Shown: in pieces, positions 1-9,355 of the stretch | Position numbering within the stretch: the stretch's first letter is position 1 | Layout: each line of letters opens with the position of its first letter | Source of the DNA: a virus | Virus record (IMG/VR): IMGVR_UViG_3300027792_000010 | Reading direction: 5' to 3' (one strand) | Length of the DNA stretch: 64,000 nucleotides | Made by a program: the position numbers and the translations under genes | Notes under the pieces: model-generated | What the model was told of the DNA's origin: nothing | Database searches by the model: none | The model's input: only the letters and a program-made list of their open reading frames with translations

Positions 1-805
1 GAGCAACAATCGTTATTTGAGAACGAAGATTACTAATCTTGCTCAAAGCTACTATAGAATCTTCAATCTCTTTCCCCGACGGTATCTTTATCATAGATAC
101 CTCTGAGAGTCTATCTATTTCTTTTTCCACTGTAGAAATAGAATCGTTTATAGCTTTTAAACGTTCTAATGTACTCTCCTGAGCTTTTATTTCGTCTCTC
201 TTTTTAACTATAGAGCCCTTCTCAGAGAGGATATCCTCAAAACCTATAAACCTATCAAAATCCCTCTTAGCTACTATAAGGTCTTCTTTTCTGGTTTTTA
301 GTATATCTTTATTTTTTCTCTGGTCACGGTTACAGAACTCCAGAGCTTTATAAAGCTTATCCAAACCATACATAGAAATAAGTAAGTCCGCTGCTTTGGA
401 GTCTCGCTTATCTACTAAAAATAAAGGACTATACTGCTCACAATAATGAAGATTTACTTCATCATCGGAATTAGTAGTAATTACCCCAAACCCCGAGTCT
501 ACAACTTGTTGAGGCTGACTATCTTTACCTACCTTCTTCTGAGTTATACCGTTGATCTCATAGAAATTGTTGCCGCTCTCTTTATGCCACAACAAATCCA
601 TATTATCAGTTTTTATGCGCACCTCACAAAAAGTCTCACCCCATTTGATGAACTGCTCACCTTTTTGATTGGTTAAGGCAGCGTTTATAGCTCTCAATAA
701 AGCGCTCTTTCCGATGAAGTTCCGACCAGTAACGGTACAGAACCCATCGAAAGAAAACTTTATATGCCCAATAGACTCATAGTTTGTTATTTCTACTTCA
801 ATCAT
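1..805 (-). CDS. SbcC/Rad50/T4 gp46-like SMC-family ATPase, N-terminal part (runs off the window's left edge; not in the ORF track)
   Basis: Manual translation from ATG at 805: MIEVEITNYESIGHIKFSFDGFCTVTGRNFIGKSALLRAI... Shows an SMC-type beta-strand start, Walker A GRNFIGKS and a Q-loop (CEQYSP), then coiled coil. No stop before base 1. Confidence 0.85.
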   Translation of the reverse strand, partial: MIEVEITNYESIGHIKFSFDGFCTVTGRNFIGKSALLRAINAALTNQKGEQFIKWGETFCEVRIKTDNMDLLWHKESGNNFYEINGITQKKVGKDSQPQQVVDSGFGVITTNSDDEVNLHYCEQYSPLFLVDKRDSKAADLLISMYGLDKLYKALEFCNRDQRKNKDILKTRKEDLIVAKRDFDRFIGFEDILSEKGSIVKKRDEIKAQESTLERLKAINDSISTVEKEIDRLSEVSMIKIPSGKEIEDSIVALSKISNLRSQITIVA

Positions 806-818
806 TTAGTACACCATT

Positions 819-2141
819 CTATTTTATAGGCTTTTCAGTATCTATACCAGATCCCATCATTCCCTGGAGTTCTGCAAGTTCAGCTTTCGCTTCATCATCC
901 AGCTCTACGATATCTACCTTCTTTTCTCCCAGTTGTTTATTAAGTTCTTCCAGAGTTTCCTTTTCATCTTCTGTTATGAGATCGCCTTTTTCAAGAAGCT
1001 CATCACGTAACTCTATCATGTCTTGGAAGCTTTGCTTAGGAATAAGGTAAGGTTTTAATGCCTCAAGTACATCAGGGTTCTTTTCCAGATGACTTAGTAC
1101 ACTCTGTCTTCCTTGAATCTTAAAGCTATGTACTTCATTTGGATCTTTCCACTCGTAGTACCCCGCCCCGCCCTTCTTAATAATATTTCGGTTGATACCA
1201 AGCTCTACTAGGGATAAGATATTATTGATACCCTGGCCAAATGTAATAAAGAGGGGTACTTTCTTGAAAGGAAGATCAAGCTTACTTTTTATGATACGAG
1301 CTTCTACCACCTGATTAACACACTTTTCTTCTTTAGCCCCGGTTATATTACTAACAACATCTACTTTTTCTTGCTGCTTACCTTTAAGTTCTATACGAAT
1401 AGTAGCAAAGAATTTGGGGGCCTTACCTCCAGAGGTAGTCTCATTAGGACCTGGATCATACTGACTGGATTTAATAACTGTACGTAGCTGATTCAGCATT
1501 AGTAGACAAGTATCATACTTCTCAAGACGTTTGTTCATCCAGTTTAGAAAGGTGCTCATCAAACGAGCGTGTTTACCAATAGCTGTTCCTGCGTCCGCTT
1601 CGGCCTCAGAGGTTTCTTTTGGAAGCATGGCGGTAACAGAGTCAATAACAATAAGAGCTGGCTTTAAAGTGAGTAGACCTGTCCCAAGAAGATTTGTTCC
1701 TTCTTCGAAACTTTTCGGAGTCATATGGTAGAAAAGAGGAGGATTTGTGTCTATACCAAGATTTTCGATATATTTGAACTGTGTTCTAAGCGAGTGCTCA
1801 AAATCAGCATAGATAACAGCTCCACCCATTTTCTGGGTTTCTCTAACAGCATGTAACGCTAGTGTAGTTTTTCCAGAACCTTCCCCACCAAACAATTCTA
1901 CCATGTACCCACGAGGATAACCGCCTGGGGCTTCCTGGTGTGTCCCATCACCAATAGCCCTATTTAATGACCAGGAGCCTGTTGATATGAAGTTAATCTT
2001 TTTTTTAATATCTCCGAGAGCATCATTTTTCTTAAGAAGCTCTAAAAAAGCTAAACTAGCTTCGCCCTTTGAGACCTTTTTCGTAGTAGTATTTGTCTCA
2101 GTCTCCTGAGGGCTCTTCGGTTTCTTTTTGAAGTTTGCCAT
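819..2141 (-). CDS. recA: RecA recombinase with acidic/coiled C-terminal extension
   Basis: FISTGSWSLNRAIG, Walker A GGEGSGKTT, Walker B LIVIDS, NQLR, TSGGKAPKF. Start placed at ATG 2141 behind an AGGAG ribosome-binding site. Confidence 0.95.
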   Translation of the reverse strand: MANFKKKPKSPQETETNTTTKKVSKGEASLAFLELLKKNDALGDIKKKINFISTGSWSLNRAIGDGTHQEAPGGYPRGYMVELFGGEGSGKTTLALHAVRETQKMGGAVIYADFEHSLRTQFKYIENLGIDTNPPLFYHMTPKSFEEGTNLLGTGLLTLKPALIVIDSVTAMLPKETSEAEADAGTAIGKHARLMSTFLNWMNKRLEKYDTCLLMLNQLRTVIKSSQYDPGPNETTSGGKAPKFFATIRIELKGKQQEKVDVVSNITGAKEEKCVNQVVEARIIKSKLDLPFKKVPLFITFGQGINNILSLVELGINRNIIKKGGAGYYEWKDPNEVHSFKIQGRQSVLSHLEKNPDVLEALKPYLIPKQSFQDMIELRDELLEKGDLITEDEKETLEELNKQLGEKKVDIVELDDEAKAELAELQGMMGSGIDTEKPIK

Positions 2142-2796
2142 CTTTAATTCTCCTTTTAATCTTTTCAAAATCATAAAATAACTCATTCTCTCTATATATG
2201 ATTCCAGAGTATTCTGTTACTCCTTTCTTCATACCCTTAGAGAACGTATGCTTTCCAGAAAAAACACCTCTCTCATACTCGCCTAAATCATCTTCAGAGA
2301 GTGTTTTATCTATAAACCAATGTTTAAACCTTCTACCAAAATACCCGGCCCAATAAGCATCAGCGGTATCCTCTGGTAATTTTTTACCTTGAAGATTTAA
2401 AGCAGTCTTAGCCTTATCTATCATTTGAGGTTTATGTATTTCATGTACCTTATTATCTGGGAAAACCAGCTTTTTAAGTTGCTGCGGAGGGAAATACACA
2501 ATATAAACCCCTTCTTCCAGATACATACGGTGAAGAAATTGATTCAAAGCAAATAGTATCTCAGTACTAAATGCTTCATAGAAGGGGGCTTCCGCGCCTA
2601 TAAACTTAATATTGTACTCTCTAATCTTACCCCTTACTTGCTCAGTTTGCTTAATAAGTCTCTCTACCAAGATACCGTCAGTAGGATCAGTTCTAAGTAG
2701 ACCCTTATCCTCTACGACATCTACTGGTTTACCCAGGTCCATTACCACAAAACCAGATTTCTTAAGAGATGGGTCAAGCCCTAAAATATAAGACAT
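2098..2796 (-). CDS. ruvC: RuvC-like Holliday junction resolvase
   Basis: ILGLDPS, IGAEAP and DTADAY acidic catalytic motifs of the RNase H-fold RuvC family. Confidence 0.85.
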   Translation of the reverse strand: MSYILGLDPSLKKSGFVVMDLGKPVDVVEDKGLLRTDPTDGILVERLIKQTEQVRGKIREYNIKFIGAEAPFYEAFSTEILFALNQFLHRMYLEEGVYIVYFPPQQLKKLVFPDNKVHEIHKPQMIDKAKTALNLQGKKLPEDTADAYWAGYFGRRFKHWFIDKTLSEDDLGEYERGVFSGKHTFSKGMKKGVTEYSGIIYRENELFYDFEKIKRRIKDGKLQKETEEPSGD

Positions 2797-2806
2797 AAAA
2801 CCTCAC

Positions 2807-2836
2807 AAAAGGTGTGGTGCTTTTGACACCACACCC
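2807..2836 (-). terminator. Rho-independent terminator downstream of the SSB gene
   Basis: 9-bp stem GGTGTGGTG/CACCACACC followed by TTTTG on the minus strand. Confidence 0.65.
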
Positions 2837-2850
2837 ACCTACATTAATGG

Positions 2851-3510
2851 TTATACACCTTGAAGAACATCATCAAGTTGGACGTTTGTAGCAGCATCCT
2901 CAGACCCTGGAGCATCTATCCCAAGACGCTCACGGATTTCTTCCAGCGATAAGTCTGAAGCGAGGCTCTTCTCCATACGGGAGAAGATTTCATCAGATTC
3001 CTTTAAGATCTTTTCCTCAAGCTCCTTTTTTGAACGCCAGTAACTTGCATTGCAGCCGTTAACGATGAGATTCTGATACTCCTCATTGTCACAAGTCACG
3101 TTAATATCATGATCTTTAAGTGAAAATTCCTGGTCAATAGTCATCATCTGTTGGAAAACTTTCTCTCCAAAAACCCAAGGAACGATTTCATAACCAGCCA
3201 ACTTATCCTTGAGTTTCCCAGTAGCTTCATCTTTCACCTTATTGATTTCATAAATCACAAGGACTCCACCAAGTCTCCAACGGGGAACATTACCCTGATA
3301 GCTCTGCGTACAGCAGATAGCTTTATCATTCTTTGTGCTCTTACAAATGAAGTAGCGATCTTTGTAATGAACTTTTGCGCCTTTGAAAGGGTCAGTACCT
3401 TCCCTAAATACGACACCACAACGGATGGTCTTACCTTGTTTGAACTTATGTCCCTTAAAGGTCTGGGGCTTAATGTCATCTCTGTTTAGTCCAATACTCT
3501 CTAAAGCCAT
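2851..3510 (-). CDS. T4 gp32-like single-stranded DNA-binding protein
   Basis: H-Y...C...CC putative Zn site, aromatic PW/F motif and acidic C-terminal tail; sits among recA, ruvC and HU. Confidence 0.6.
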   Translation of the reverse strand: MALESIGLNRDDIKPQTFKGHKFKQGKTIRCGVVFREGTDPFKGAKVHYKDRYFICKSTKNDKAICCTQSYQGNVPRWRLGGVLVIYEINKVKDEATGKLKDKLAGYEIVPWVFGEKVFQQMMTIDQEFSLKDHDINVTCDNEEYQNLIVNGCNASYWRSKKELEEKILKESDEIFSRMEKSLASDLSLEEIRERLGIDAPGSEDAATNVQLDDVLQGV

Positions 3511-3559
3511 GATCTGTCTCCTTGAATAGAAGTTAGGCGTATCTCTTTAAGAGAAACGA

Positions 3560-3874
3560 TTAAAGAAACTGTTCGATAAAATCTCCCGGTCTGTATACTA
3601 TCCTATGTGTATTGATGTCTTTGGTAGTCATAGTTTCTGATTTTTTATCGTAAACTTTTTTCTTTCCTAGGACTTCTTTGACTCGAATAGTACCAAACCC
3701 TGCTAGCAAATTGACTTTTTTCTCTCTAAGTATTTTGTAGAAAAGCTCATGTACCAATTTTTTGTATAGCTTTTTCTTTAGCTCTTTAGTACCAGCCTTT
3801 TTCAGTAACTCAGGATCTACTTTTTCTGACAGCACTGAAATTACTGTTTCCATGATTGTGTCTTCAACATCCAT
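3560..3874 (-). CDS. HU/IHF-like DNA-binding protein
   Basis: VNLLAGFGTIRVKE...RIVYRPG resembles the HU signature (GFG.F...R...F.PG). Confidence 0.7.
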   Translation of the reverse strand: MDVEDTIMETVISVLSEKVDPELLKKAGTKELKKKLYKKLVHELFYKILREKKVNLLAGFGTIRVKEVLGKKKVYDKKSETMTTKDINTHRIVYRPGDFIEQFL

Positions 3875-3876
3875 GT

Positions 3877-5055
3877 TTACAGATTTTCCAATAAATCATC
3901 CAAGTCTATCCCGGTGTCCGATACAGAGGCCGAATCTTCCTTAACGGGCTCTTTCTTACCCTTCGCCTTTGCTTGCTCAGTTTTCTCTGAGGGTTTATCT
4001 TCCTTAGGTTCTACTACAACTCCAACCTCCGTCTCCGAAGCATTCGAAGGAGCTTTCACATCTTCCTGAAGAAGACTACCATCCTCATCGAGGACACTCA
4101 ATATGTCCGATATTGAATCCCCCTCCTCATCGGAATTATCTTCATCCTCCGTTGCTATTGAAGTAGCAACTGTCGAGGACTCTTCCTCCTCAGCTTCTAC
4201 TGCCGTAGAAGCCTTTAGAGTAGAAACTCCAGGCAGGTCATCTAAACCGTCCATGAGTGATAACATATCAATATCATCTGATGGCTCAGGCTTACCTGAT
4301 GTATTATCATCTGAGAAGCCCTCTATCTCAATAGTTTCCGCAGTACTTTGTACTTGTCCCAATTTGTTTGTCTCGGGAGCATTTTCCTCTGCACTACCTC
4401 CGATGACATCTATGATGTCAGCGTCTATATTATCTGATATAATCTCTTCTGGTATCTTATCTTCAACCAAACTCTCTATATTAGTTAGGTCTATTTCATC
4501 ATCAAGTTTTTCTTCTAATTTACTAAGGTCTCCAAGAGTTTTTGCATACTCCCTGATAGCCGGATCATCAGTAGGTAGAATATTAAGCTTTAGAATCTGA
4601 AGCTCAGTTAATCGGGCTTGGGTCTTAATATCGGAGTTACGAGCACGAAGAAGCTGTATATGGGTGCGTATGGTAGCCAAAACGTTCTGAAAATCAGCAA
4701 CATCGTTCTCAAGTTCCGAAATCCTCTTATTATTTTCCTCATACATCTCATCTACCGCAGCTTCTCTTTCTTTAGCTGTTGTATACTTTTTTCTAATAGC
4801 TTCATTATTTACCAGAGCTTTTCTTTTTAAAATCTCAAGTTCTGCACTCTCTATACTCAGATTCCTTTTTGATACAGTAAGCGCCCTAGACTGATTGATA
4901 TAGATCATCTGAACTTCGCTCATCTTTTTGGCACATTCCGTAAGTTTTCTATTGATGTAAGATGGAGATGGGTTATCCAAATCTTCCAGTTGCACATCTA
5001 ATTTCAACAATTTATCGTATATGTCTGAGAAGTTTATTTTTGTAATCTCTGCCAT
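3877..5055 (-). CDS. Hypothetical protein: N-terminal coiled coil, long acidic disordered tail (possibly UvsY-like mediator)
   Basis: Long ORF coupled to neighbours; helical N-half and D/E-rich C-half. The function is only a positional guess. Confidence 0.55.
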   Translation of the reverse strand: MAEITKINFSDIYDKLLKLDVQLEDLDNPSPSYINRKLTECAKKMSEVQMIYINQSRALTVSKRNLSIESAELEILKRKALVNNEAIRKKYTTAKEREAAVDEMYEENNKRISELENDVADFQNVLATIRTHIQLLRARNSDIKTQARLTELQILKLNILPTDDPAIREYAKTLGDLSKLEEKLDDEIDLTNIESLVEDKIPEEIISDNIDADIIDVIGGSAEENAPETNKLGQVQSTAETIEIEGFSDDNTSGKPEPSDDIDMLSLMDGLDDLPGVSTLKASTAVEAEEEESSTVATSIATEDEDNSDEEGDSISDILSVLDEDGSLLQEDVKAPSNASETEVGVVVEPKEDKPSEKTEQAKAKGKKEPVKEDSASVSDTGIDLDDLLENL

Positions 5056-5111
5056 AGTCTTCCATCCTTGCTCTCAAGTAAAAAGAGTTTTAGGTATTTG
5101 TATTCGTTTTT

Positions 5112-5140
5112 AATGTAATAATTTGTTCTGAGTTTTTAAA
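5112..5140 (-). promoter_or_regulatory. Class I (sigma70-like) promoter TTTAAA-N17-TACATT
   Basis: Exact 17-nt spacing, intergenic, upstream of the 5055 gene; same motif at five other intergenic sites. Confidence 0.7.
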
Positions 5141-5150
5141 GTAATTGATA

Positions 5151-5528
5151 TTATTTTTTTAATTGTGTTATTTCAAAGGGGGACTCCGCTCTTTCGTTGA
5201 AGCTATTAAGGAAACGCACGGTCTCATCGTCATCTATATACCCCCAAAAAAAGATAGTTCGTATTTTAGTGGGTATAAGAAGCCTAATTTCATATATATG
5301 AGGGAAATATGATAGAAATATACAGCTATGACTACTACTACTAAGACATTGAAGTGCCATTATTACAGGATCTTCATAGTACCCTTTAATTATGAGGCGA
5401 CTATAACCTATAGATATTAACTGTTCGCTATCTCCAACGACAATAGCTGCTTTAGGTTCTCCACATTCTGATAAGCCTCTGCATTGAAGTACAAAGTCTG
5501 CAAAGATGTTCCTTCTTTTTTCATCCAT
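5151..5528 (-). CDS. dCMP/cytidine deaminase-fold protein lacking Zn ligands (probable pseudoenzyme)
   Basis: AAIVVGDSEQLISIGYS matches GAVIV..D..IIS.GYN, and CIFLSYFPHIYEIRLLIPTKIRTIFF matches TLYVT.FPC..CAKLII..GIK.V.Y. HxE and PCxxC are absent. Confidence 0.55.
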   Translation of the reverse strand: MDEKRRNIFADFVLQCRGLSECGEPKAAIVVGDSEQLISIGYSRLIIKGYYEDPVIMALQCLSSSSHSCIFLSYFPHIYEIRLLIPTKIRTIFFWGYIDDDETVRFLNSFNERAESPFEITQLKK

Positions 5529-7705
5529 TGATTGATCCTTTGCCCAAAAAGGGTGTTTCTTTTCTGTATCCGGTCATTTTCTATAGCATCTATTATAGCA
5601 GACCCTTGGCCTATCACAATTACTTTTTTCTTCGCTCTTGTTAGAGCTGTATAGAGTAGGTTGCGCTGTAGTATCTTACTACCGTGTGCTTTTACAATAG
5701 GGATAATAACTAAAGGATATTCCTGGCCCTGTGATTTGTGACAACTTACACTGTACGCTAATCTAAGCATATCATCAGCTATCTTAATTGGTATGTCTAT
5801 TCTTCTATAAACCCCATTAAAATCATCTATCTCTATTACTGCATCTGTACTAGTAATATTAACTACTTTACCTATATCTCCATTATAAATATCAAGGTCA
5901 TAATTATTCTTTTTTATAAGTACTCGATCACCTCTCCTAATAGTGCCGCTTATTAGGTGAATCTCTCTTTCTGAACCAGGAGGATTTAAAGCAGCCTGTA
6001 GTGCTATATTAAGAGAGTCAACACTAAGAGGACCTGAGTTCCTTGGGGTAATAATCTGAAAGATAGTAGGTTGTTTTTTAGTTTTATTCAGCTCTTTAAT
6101 ACTGCTAGCGAAGCCTACTATAGCTTTTTCAATCCTATCCAAATTGGAGTCTCTAATAAACCAAATATCTGCATTTTTTTCGTTCTTAAATAAGCTAAGG
6201 TCTGTATCTCCATCTCGTATTTTTCTAGCAGCTTTAATGATGTCCGATTGTTCTTCCTGCCTAAAAATCTGGTTTAATTTGATAGTGTGGATAACCCCAC
6301 ACTCTATAAGCTCGCGTAGCACACTCCCAGGCCCCACAGAAGGCAGTTGGTCGTTATCGCCTACGAAGACAAGCTTGGTCTGCGAGTAAAGCGAAGAAAC
6401 CATCCTGTAGAAGACTTCCTGGTCAACCATAGATACTTCATCAACTATAATAACCTGTGTAGAGTACTTATTAAGGGCGTTATATGCCCAGGTATCCCCT
6501 TTATACCCGAATCTGCGATGTATTGTATAAGCTTCGTTATTAGCAGTGCTTGCCAACTTTTTTGCTGATATCCCCGTAGGAGTAAGTAGCTCAAAAGAAA
6601 TATTGTTTTGTTTCATTATCTCAACAAAAGCTTTTACAATTGTGGTTTTACCACACCCTGGGCCTCCTGTTACTATTACTATCTTATTATTTACGAAAGA
6701 ATAGATAGCATCCTTCTGCTCAGCACTTAAAGTAATCTTATTACTTAACTCGTATTTTGTTATAAACTCTTCTGTATTAAAGTTTTTAAAGTTGCAGGTA
6801 TCTTTACCCTCTAAAATTTTGTTTATTAACCTAGCGCTTTCATTTTCATAAAAAAAGGAACTAAGCTCATAGTACCTATCTCCCTCCTTATAGATGAAAC
6901 CATCTTTAATAAGCTTTTTCAGATGGACTTCTATATCCTCGAAATTTACACCAGTAGGACTAAAAGGTTGTTGAGTTAGCTTATTATACTCATTAAAAAT
7001 AGAGACTAACTCCTCTCCGTTCAAAAAGAGGTGCCCTGATTGTAGACAGCCTTTTAGAGTATAGAGTATAAAATAACGATATCTTAGAGGATCTTGAGGA
7101 GACATACCAAGTTTGTTAGCAAGGAAGTCACAGGTACTGAAGCCAAATCCTTCAAAGCTTAGTAAGAAAGGGTTTTGCTTTATAACCATTTCAGCATTAT
7201 AGCCATACATAGATACTATCTTATTAATCTTGTAAGGAGATAGACCCAAAGAGTGTAGAAAAATCTTAACATCTTTGAGTTCTTTATTTTCTTTCCAAGC
7301 CTCAACAAGACTTTTTACGATAGACTCCCCAATACCCTCTAACTCCAGGAGTCTTTCAGGCTCGTGATAGATAATATGGTCGAGGTCCTTACCCTCAAAA
7401 TGCTCTGCTATTAAATAAGAGCGTTCTGGCCCTATCCACTTTGCAATAGATTGCAGGAATAGAACTAAACCATTTTTTGAGCTATCATGGGAAAAAGCAA
7501 AAGACTGAGCACGAAAACTTACACCATATTTTGGATGACTTTTATAATCACCGTGAGCCTCAACAACGGCTCCTATAAGAAGATTAGGAACTTCTGCCTG
7601 AACAGTAATACAAGACTTGTCCTTTTGTCGGATCGTAAAAATCTTGAAGTTACTATCAGGGTCATTAAATTTAACTCGTTCTACTTTACCTATAATGGTT
7701 TCCAT
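5417..7705 (-). CDS. recD2: RecD2-family SF1B helicase
   Basis: N-terminal OB/HhH region, GGPGCGKTT, IIVDEVSM, VGDNDQLPSVGPG, IFRQ, YSVSCHKSQGQEY, LLYTALTRAK. Confidence 0.95.
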   Translation of the reverse strand: METIIGKVERVKFNDPDSNFKIFTIRQKDKSCITVQAEVPNLLIGAVVEAHGDYKSHPKYGVSFRAQSFAFSHDSSKNGLVLFLQSIAKWIGPERSYLIAEHFEGKDLDHIIYHEPERLLELEGIGESIVKSLVEAWKENKELKDVKIFLHSLGLSPYKINKIVSMYGYNAEMVIKQNPFLLSFEGFGFSTCDFLANKLGMSPQDPLRYRYFILYTLKGCLQSGHLFLNGEELVSIFNEYNKLTQQPFSPTGVNFEDIEVHLKKLIKDGFIYKEGDRYYELSSFFYENESARLINKILEGKDTCNFKNFNTEEFITKYELSNKITLSAEQKDAIYSFVNNKIVIVTGGPGCGKTTIVKAFVEIMKQNNISFELLTPTGISAKKLASTANNEAYTIHRRFGYKGDTWAYNALNKYSTQVIIVDEVSMVDQEVFYRMVSSLYSQTKLVFVGDNDQLPSVGPGSVLRELIECGVIHTIKLNQIFRQEEQSDIIKAARKIRDGDTDLSLFKNEKNADIWFIRDSNLDRIEKAIVGFASSIKELNKTKKQPTIFQIITPRNSGPLSVDSLNIALQAALNPPGSEREIHLISGTIRRGDRVLIKKNNYDLDIYNGDIGKVVNITSTDAVIEIDDFNGVYRRIDIPIKIADDMLRLAYSVSCHKSQGQEYPLVIIPIVKAHGSKILQRNLLYTALTRAKKKVIVIGQGSAIIDAIENDRIQKRNTLFGQRINQWMKKEGTSLQTLYFNAEAYQNVENLKQLLSLEIANS

Positions 7706-7932
7706 TAAATACTCTTCTTATTGAATAATATGTCTAATCCAGATTTAGCCATAAGTACCAAAATAGCTACTAAGAACAAGCAGGCAAAACCTACTACAAT
7801 ACCAGCTGCGGAACTAACTACCTTATAAATGATAGATTGTACTAAACTCCCTGTAGGGGAGTATATAAGCAAAAGTATTGATACTATAAAAATAGGTAGC
7901 AATAGTGATAGTGCTGGGATAATCTTTTTCAT
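7705..7932 (-). CDS. Small two-TM membrane protein
   Basis: Two hydrophobic segments; 1-nt overlap with the recD2 start. Confidence 0.6.
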   Translation of the reverse strand: MKKIIPALSLLLPIFIVSILLLIYSPTGSLVQSIIYKVVSSAAGIVVGFACLFLVAILVLMAKSGLDILFNKKSI

Positions 7933-7954
7933 TTTGATCCTTGATTACTAAAAA

Positions 7955-8566
7955 TTAAAAGATATACTTTCGATCTACTTTGACGATTATGTACTCTCCC
8001 TCTTTGTAGGTAGAAAACTTCATACCATCTGAGAAAGCCCGCCCAGCATTAACTTCAAGTACTACAACTTCATCACCTTCAAGAGTTGCAAACTTTTTAG
8101 CAAAGTCCTCCGCCATTTCCGCGGTCTCATAGAGCTTTATATATTTCTTCGTATGGCTCTTCAAACCGCTTTCTTTCATACGTTCTACAAGATTCTTCAA
8201 TGTTCCGAAATAAAGGGTTTGAGGCGGTTGTACGTACTTTACGATTTTATATTTGATAAGGTCTTCTCCATTTATGAGAATTTTTTGATCCCTATCTTTG
8301 AAGTATAGCTCTATAATATGATTTCGATTTATATAGTATAGCTCTGGAAAGCGCCACTTCAAGAAAGCAACAATAGCATCTATTTTAACAAATCCATTAG
8401 CGTCTGTACTTATTTGATAGTCACCTACCTTAATAGTCTCTGCTTCCATATCAGATGCATCACGTAGTATATCAATAACAGATAAGAGAGCAACTTTAAG
8501 ATCATTAACATTTTTGTAGAGTGTTGCAGGTGACTTATTAAAAGTTTTTTTTGCAGGCATAAACAT
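7955..8566 (-). CDS. Tpt1/KptA (RNA 2'-phosphotransferase)-like protein with degenerate active site
   Basis: ILRD...TDANGFVKIDAI, PPQTLYFGT, SGLK...YIKL, VVVLEVNAGRAFSDGMKF...GEYI all align with KptA; catalytic and NAD-binding His/Arg residues are substituted. Confidence 0.7.
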   Translation of the reverse strand: MFMPAKKTFNKSPATLYKNVNDLKVALLSVIDILRDASDMEAETIKVGDYQISTDANGFVKIDAIVAFLKWRFPELYYINRNHIIELYFKDRDQKILINGEDLIKYKIVKYVQPPQTLYFGTLKNLVERMKESGLKSHTKKYIKLYETAEMAEDFAKKFATLEGDEVVVLEVNAGRAFSDGMKFSTYKEGEYIIVKVDRKYIF

Positions 8567-8592
8567 ACTAAACTCCTTAGATGTGTTACTGG

Positions 8593-8988
8593 TTAAACTT
8601 CTTGTTTATGTACATCGACTACTTGTTTAGTTTTATCATACTCCATATCTTTTTTCAAAGAATCCTCTCTTTCAAGTAAGCCATCAATTATATAGTTAAG
8701 TACCTCATTAACTGTTTTAATTTCCCCAACCAAATGTTCTAAGAGCTTGAATAATGGGTTGTCTTTATTTTTTGATATCTCTTTAACAACATCTTTATCT
8801 GAACCTACTACTGAATATAATAAGTTCATAATCTGCTCAGTAATTTTTGTATTAAAATTGACTTTTTTATTTATAAATACTTTTAGGTCATTAGAGATTC
8901 CCTCTAAGGAGAAAGTTACAGCTGTATTCTTAAATCTCTCCTCATTGAACTTTTCAAATTTTCTTTTAATATTTTCTGGATTAGTCAT
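8593..8988 (-). CDS. Hypothetical protein
   Basis: 131-aa ORF, first gene behind a class I promoter. Confidence 0.65.
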   Translation of the reverse strand: MTNPENIKRKFEKFNEERFKNTAVTFSLEGISNDLKVFINKKVNFNTKITEQIMNLLYSVVGSDKDVVKEISKNKDNPLFKLLEHLVGEIKTVNEVLNYIIDGLLEREDSLKKDMEYDKTKQVVDVHKQEV

Positions 8989-9033
8989 AGTTGTCCTTAT
9001 ACCGTTAAAAGCTGATTAAGTTCTCTGAGATTT

Positions 9034-9062
9034 AATATACTAATTGGTTTGAACTTTTTAAA
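9034..9062 (-). promoter_or_regulatory. Class I promoter TTTAAA-N17-TATATT (leftward)
   Basis: Exact motif upstream of the leftward gene cluster. Confidence 0.7.
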
Positions 9063-9169
9063 ATCTAATATTAAGAAAAAGGTATAAGAATTTGATATAT
9101 ACTTTTTTATAATGAATCGTTTTCATATATTATATAAATAAAGATCTAATAGTTTACTTCCATAGGAAG

Positions 9170-9217
9170 GAAACAGTAATAACCAAAAAGAACCCTATCA
9201 ATCCTGTTACTTGGATT
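9170..9217 (+). repeat. 48-bp direct repeat, copy 1
   Basis: GAAACAGTAATAACCAAAAAGAACCCTATCAATCCTGTTACTTGGATT; 47/48 identical to 10013-10060. Confidence 0.95.
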
Positions 9218-9296
9218 CGGCTTTAAAGGCATAGTTTATTTAAAGAGTTCTAAATATGATTAATAATATAGTACCTATAAATTTTATGCCAAGAAC

Positions 9297-9325
9297 TTTA
9301 AAAAATATAAACCAAAAGGTATATT
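9297..9325 (+). promoter_or_regulatory. Class I promoter TTTAAA-N17-TATATT (rightward)
   Basis: Exact motif 30 nt upstream of the ORF at 9356, which has an AGGAG site. Confidence 0.7.
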
Positions 9326-9355
9326 CATTAAAGAACAGATTAGGAGAGATCGATT

